DNA from: an uncultured Actinomycetota bacterium | GTDB lineage: Bacteria; Actinomycetota; Actinomycetes; JAHEKZ01 | Assembly: GCA_963829525.1 (NCBI GenBank) | Contig: CAWHIJ010000003.1 | Span: 1,504,001 to 1,568,000 of the forward strand | Length of the DNA stretch: 64,000 nucleotides | Direction of reading: 5' to 3' | In this document: piece by piece, positions 60,641-64,000 of the stretch | Numbering within the stretch: position 1 is the stretch's first letter | How the letters are laid out: each line of letters starts with the position of its first letter | Notes under the pieces: model-generated | Database searches by the model: none | Seen by the model: only the letters and a program-made list of their open reading frames with translations | Told to the model about the DNA's origin: nothing | Program-made: the position numbers and the translations under genes

Positions 60641-62095
60641 ATGACCAACCCTGAAGACCCACTCGGTCTGCGCGACGACGCACCGCTGCTCGATGGCTGG
60701 CTCGCCTACCGAGCCAGTAGTCCTGTGCCATTCGGGACACCGGGCCACAAGCAGCGTCTTGACCTTGTCGGGGCAGTGGTGCGCGACGACATCCCGCTCT
60801 ACGGCGGCGTCGACACCATCCGCCAACAGGCGGGAGCCATCGCGGAGGCCGACCGTCGCCTCGCCCGCGCCTGGGGCGCGGACTGGGGCCGGATCTCTGT
60901 CGGTGGATCGACGCATGGCAACCAGACGTTGATGCTGGCTCTATGTCGTCCCGGCGACACCGTTGTCGTGACGCGGACACTGCATCGCTCGCTCTTGCTC
61001 GGCATGGTGCTGGCCGGCGTCACACCCGTGTGGGTACGACCAGACGTCGATCCCACGACGGGCCTGCCAACGCACGTGCCAGTGGACCGGGTGCAGGCCG
61101 CGCTCGCTGCGCACCCGGAGGCTAAGGCCGTCTTCCTCGTCGAGCCGACCTACGTCGGGACCGTTTCCGACGTCGCCGCGCACGCTGCGGTCGCCCACGC
61201 CCAGGGTGTGCCACTCGTCGTCGACCAGGCGTGGGGCGCGTACTTCGGATTCCACCCTGACCTGCCACGCCATGCACTCCAGGCTGGTGCGGACGCGCTG
61301 GTCACGAGCGCCCACAAGACCCTTCCCGCCTACACGCAGGCTGCGCTCGTGCTGGCCCGCAACGAGCGGATCGATCCCCACCGCCTCGACCGAGCATTCG
61401 ACGCGACGGCCACCACAAGTCCCTCCGGCACGATCGCGGCGAGCGCAGACGCCGCCCGTGCACTCTTGGAGCGCGACGGGGAGCGGCTGCTCGGCCATCT
61501 GATCCGGATCGTCGATCATGCACGCGACCGGCTACGCGAGGTTCCTGGACTGGTCCTGCTCGACGATGTCGTCGACCGCTCGGTCATCCTCGACCGCGTC
61601 AAGTTGGCGATCAATGTGTCGGCGACGGGCGCAACCGGGCTCGCTGTTGAGGAAGACCTCATCAAGGCCGGCATGCCGGTGGAGCTGGCTGATCGCGACA
61701 CCGTTGTACCCATCATCTCGATCAACGATGACCAGAGCTCGGTCGATGCCTTCATTGACGGAGTCATCGCGTCGATCGAGCGCCAACGAAGCCAATCCCG
61801 TCCGGTGCTGCCGTCGATCTCGTGGACTGTCGAACCCGACGTCGTACTGTCACCGCGCGACGCCTACTTCGCCGCGCACGAGACCGTGCCGGCGACCGAC
61901 GCGGTTGGGCTGGTGTCGGCTGAGCTTGTGGCTCCGTACCCGCCAGGTATCCCTGTGCTCGCACCAGGAGAACGCATCACTTCGGCCGCCGTTGAAGGGC
62001 TGCGCGACGCGATGGGCGACGGGACGCAGATCCGCTACGCCGCCGATCCGACGCTGGCCACCTTCCAGGTCGTCGCAACCCCCGACAACGTGTGA
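60641..62095 (+). CDS. Orn/Lys/Arg decarboxylase family PLP enzyme
   Basis: PGHK, GGSTHGN, HRS, DQAWGA, SAHKTLP, PYPPGIPVLAPGE. Confidence 0.9.
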   Translation: MTNPEDPLGLRDDAPLLDGWLAYRASSPVPFGTPGHKQRLDLVGAVVRDDIPLYGGVDTIRQQAGAIAEADRRLARAWGADWGRISVGGSTHGNQTLMLALCRPGDTVVVTRTLHRSLLLGMVLAGVTPVWVRPDVDPTTGLPTHVPVDRVQAALAAHPEAKAVFLVEPTYVGTVSDVAAHAAVAHAQGVPLVVDQAWGAYFGFHPDLPRHALQAGADALVTSAHKTLPAYTQAALVLARNERIDPHRLDRAFDATATTSPSGTIAASADAARALLERDGERLLGHLIRIVDHARDRLREVPGLVLLDDVVDRSVILDRVKLAINVSATGATGLAVEEDLIKAGMPVELADRDTVVPIISINDDQSSVDAFIDGVIASIERQRSQSRPVLPSISWTVEPDVVLSPRDAYFAAHETVPATDAVGLVSAELVAPYPPGIPVLAPGERITSAAVEGLRDAMGDGTQIRYAADPTLATFQVVATPDNV

Positions 62096-62158
62096 GCGCG
62101 CTGGGGCTATACCCCCCGTGATCTAACACAATGCGCAGGGGGACGAGTGGGGCGCGGG

Positions 62159-63277
62159 TCAGGGGAGGGGGCGTGACTTCCAGGTGAGTGTGCCGCGCCG
62201 CCGTCCGACCCATGAACGGGCCGTCAGATAGCTGAAGCCAAGCACTGAAACGGGGTGCAGCAACGAGTCGGGCCACACCCGTCCGCCGACGCGGTGCGCT
62301 ACCAGCGCACGTCCGCTGACCGCACCTGCGTACCCAATCGCACCGAGCCGAGAACCGAGGAGTGCAGCGACCGGTGGAACCACATAGGCAAGCACCACGA
62401 GAGAGATGAAGGCCATCGCGCCAACAGGTGATCCCGTCGCCGACCAGAGCGACTTGCTGTACCCGTCGCGCAGGTCCCCCCAGCCGTCATACATGCGGCA
62501 GGTGGCGACGTCTGTTCCGTCGGCGAGCGAACCGCGGCGCCCGACGCGCTTGAGCTGCTGGAACAGGGCCACATCGTCCAGGACCTCACCACGGATGCCT
62601 GCATGTCCGCCGATGGTGTCGTAGGCATCGCGCGTGATGGCGAGCAGCTGACCGTTGGCCGCAACCAACGATGGTCGTGGACTCCGTTCGGCAAGGCCGA
62701 GGGGCAGCAGGGTTGACCATGACCACTGCAGCAGCGGCTGGACGATGCGCTCGGCCCAGGTGACCGAGATCTGTCGTGGGTACGGGCTTACGGCGTCGAC
62801 CGCCCCCGACTCCAGTAGCTTCAGCATCCGTGCCACGGCATTTGGCGCAAGCGTGACATCGGCATCGACGAAGACAAGCACCCGGCCGGTCGCCTTCTCC
62901 GCCAACTGGTTGCAGGCCCAGGTTTTGCCCAGCCAGCCAGCTGGCGGTTCGGCCTCGCTACGCGTCAGATGGACGCGGGGATCCTCGAGGTGGTGGCGGA
63001 CGACGGCTTCGGTGCTGTCGCTGGAGCGATCGTCGAGCACGAGGATCTCAAGATCGGGAACGTCCACCTGCGTACGTAACGAAGCAAGACAGTGGCCGAT
63101 TGTCGCCGCTTCGTTGCGGGCAGGCACCAACAGCGATACCCGAGGTCCGCTCCTGCCCGAAGCCTCCGGAAGCACCCGAAGCTGCCGCAGGTTCCACCAG
63201 CTGTGCGCCGCGCCGGCGACTGCCAGCGCCGACCCACCTGCGACCAGGGCTCTGGCGATCTGGCGTGCTCGGCTCAT
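62159..63277 (-). CDS. GT2 glycosyltransferase (CruG-like carotenoid glycosyltransferase)
   Basis: VPARNEA, DDRSSD, GWLGK, FVDAD, ANGQ, LDD, CRMY, WKSR. Confidence 0.85.
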   Translation of the reverse strand: MSRARQIARALVAGGSALAVAGAAHSWWNLRQLRVLPEASGRSGPRVSLLVPARNEAATIGHCLASLRTQVDVPDLEILVLDDRSSDSTEAVVRHHLEDPRVHLTRSEAEPPAGWLGKTWACNQLAEKATGRVLVFVDADVTLAPNAVARMLKLLESGAVDAVSPYPRQISVTWAERIVQPLLQWSWSTLLPLGLAERSPRPSLVAANGQLLAITRDAYDTIGGHAGIRGEVLDDVALFQQLKRVGRRGSLADGTDVATCRMYDGWGDLRDGYSKSLWSATGSPVGAMAFISLVVLAYVVPPVAALLGSRLGAIGYAGAVSGRALVAHRVGGRVWPDSLLHPVSVLGFSYLTARSWVGRRRGTLTWKSRPLP

Positions 63278-64000
63278 CCGCGGTCGACCCAGAGTCGCCA
63301 GACGAGCGGCAACGCGACAAGGCCCATCGCGAGACCTCCGACGATCGCGGGGCCAGGTCTTTCGAAGAAGGCGGCACTCGCCAGCACAGACGACGCATAG
63401 ACCCACAGATACATCGTGGCGGGCTGTGCAGGTGAGGCTCGGCGGGCCGGGATGGCGAGCAGGACGAGCCCGATGACCAGGCCGACGCCGAACCATCCTG
63501 CGTAGTTCACCAACGGGATATCGGGGATGCCCGGAAGGTCAGGTGACGTGGTCATCCATCGCCAGGCACCGAGCTCGACCATCATCGGGTCGAGGAAGAA
63601 GTCCCACGCCATGAGCGACCAGGCCGTCACCACCGGAACCAGCCAACGTGCACGTGTCACCACGGTGGACGCCGCGACGTACGCGGGATACGCCATCATC
63701 GCCCAGGCAAGCGGGACCACCGCGGGGACGCCACCGAGCAACGGTCCAAGAGCATCGGTGTACTCGTACTCGCCGAACGGAACGCCTGTCGTCGACCCAA
63801 TCCGTTCGGCCCCCCATCCGATCGCCGGAACGACGACGCCGACGAGGATGAACCCGCGCAAGCGGTGGTACGCGGACGCGTGGGTCACCGAGGCCAGGTA
63901 GAAGACGACGACCGTGGACGCAGCGAGGCTCGCCCGCTGGTCGTCTCCGGCGAGAGGGAACGCGATCTGCAGGGCGATGGTCGCCACAGCGAGGAACCAG
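63274..64000 (-). CDS. CruF-like carotenoid biosynthesis membrane protein (5' end beyond the window)
   Basis: E.IG..TGVPFGEYEY, LG...GVP..VPLAW, WDFFLDP, W.W, IPLVNYAGW. Confidence 0.85.
   Translation of the reverse strand, partial: WFLAVATIALQIAFPLAGDDQRASLAASTVVVFYLASVTHASAYHRLRGFILVGVVVPAIGWGAERIGSTTGVPFGEYEYTDALGPLLGGVPAVVPLAWAMMAYPAYVAASTVVTRARWLVPVVTAWSLMAWDFFLDPMMVELGAWRWMTTSPDLPGIPDIPLVNYAGWFGVGLVIGLVLLAIPARRASPAQPATMYLWVYASSVLASAAFFERPGPAIVGGLAMGLVALPLVWRLWVDRG

Overview
A high-GC actinobacterial chromosome segment that follows the familiar conserved block: L,D-transpeptidase, qcrB-qcrA-qcrC-ctaE, trpD, Lrp, DEDD/GIY-YIG nuclease, NlpC/P60, GT4, then SRPBCC, ArsA, ROK glucokinase, acyltransferase, pfkA, class II DAHP synthase, nfo, PknL-like kinase, Rv2175c-like gene and a polyprenyl synthase. 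About 15 frameshifts break genes, including respiratory ones; most read as single-base insertions, so they are probably sequencing or assembly errors. Two accessory systems sit in this backbone. (1) A Tad/Flp pilus system in two pieces (14.6-29.3 kb and 32.3-35.9 kb). It has two Flp pilins that the ORF track misses, cpaB-cpaE-tadA-(VWA)tadB-tadC, and two convergent TadE/TadG cassettes. It also has an embedded signalling module that I cannot assign to a characterised system: a GAF histidine kinase with a LuxR-type regulator, a stand-alone DnaB C-terminal-type ATPase, and a pseudo-receiver/PEPEPL-linker/GAF-like protein. Three of its transcription units share a sigma-28 (FliA/WhiG)-like promoter motif. 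This is the best candidate for an undescribed system. (2) A carotenoid cluster (crtYc/Yd, crtB, crtI, polyprenyl synthase, second desaturase, CruG-like, CruF-like) interrupted by an orphan barstar-like gene and a PLP decarboxylase. Also present are a c-di-AMP riboswitch, an apparently inactive glucosamine/maltokinase-family pseudokinase and candidate Lrp operators. No rRNA, tRNA, CRISPR array or mobile element was recognised. All calls come from reading motifs by eye; no database searches were run.
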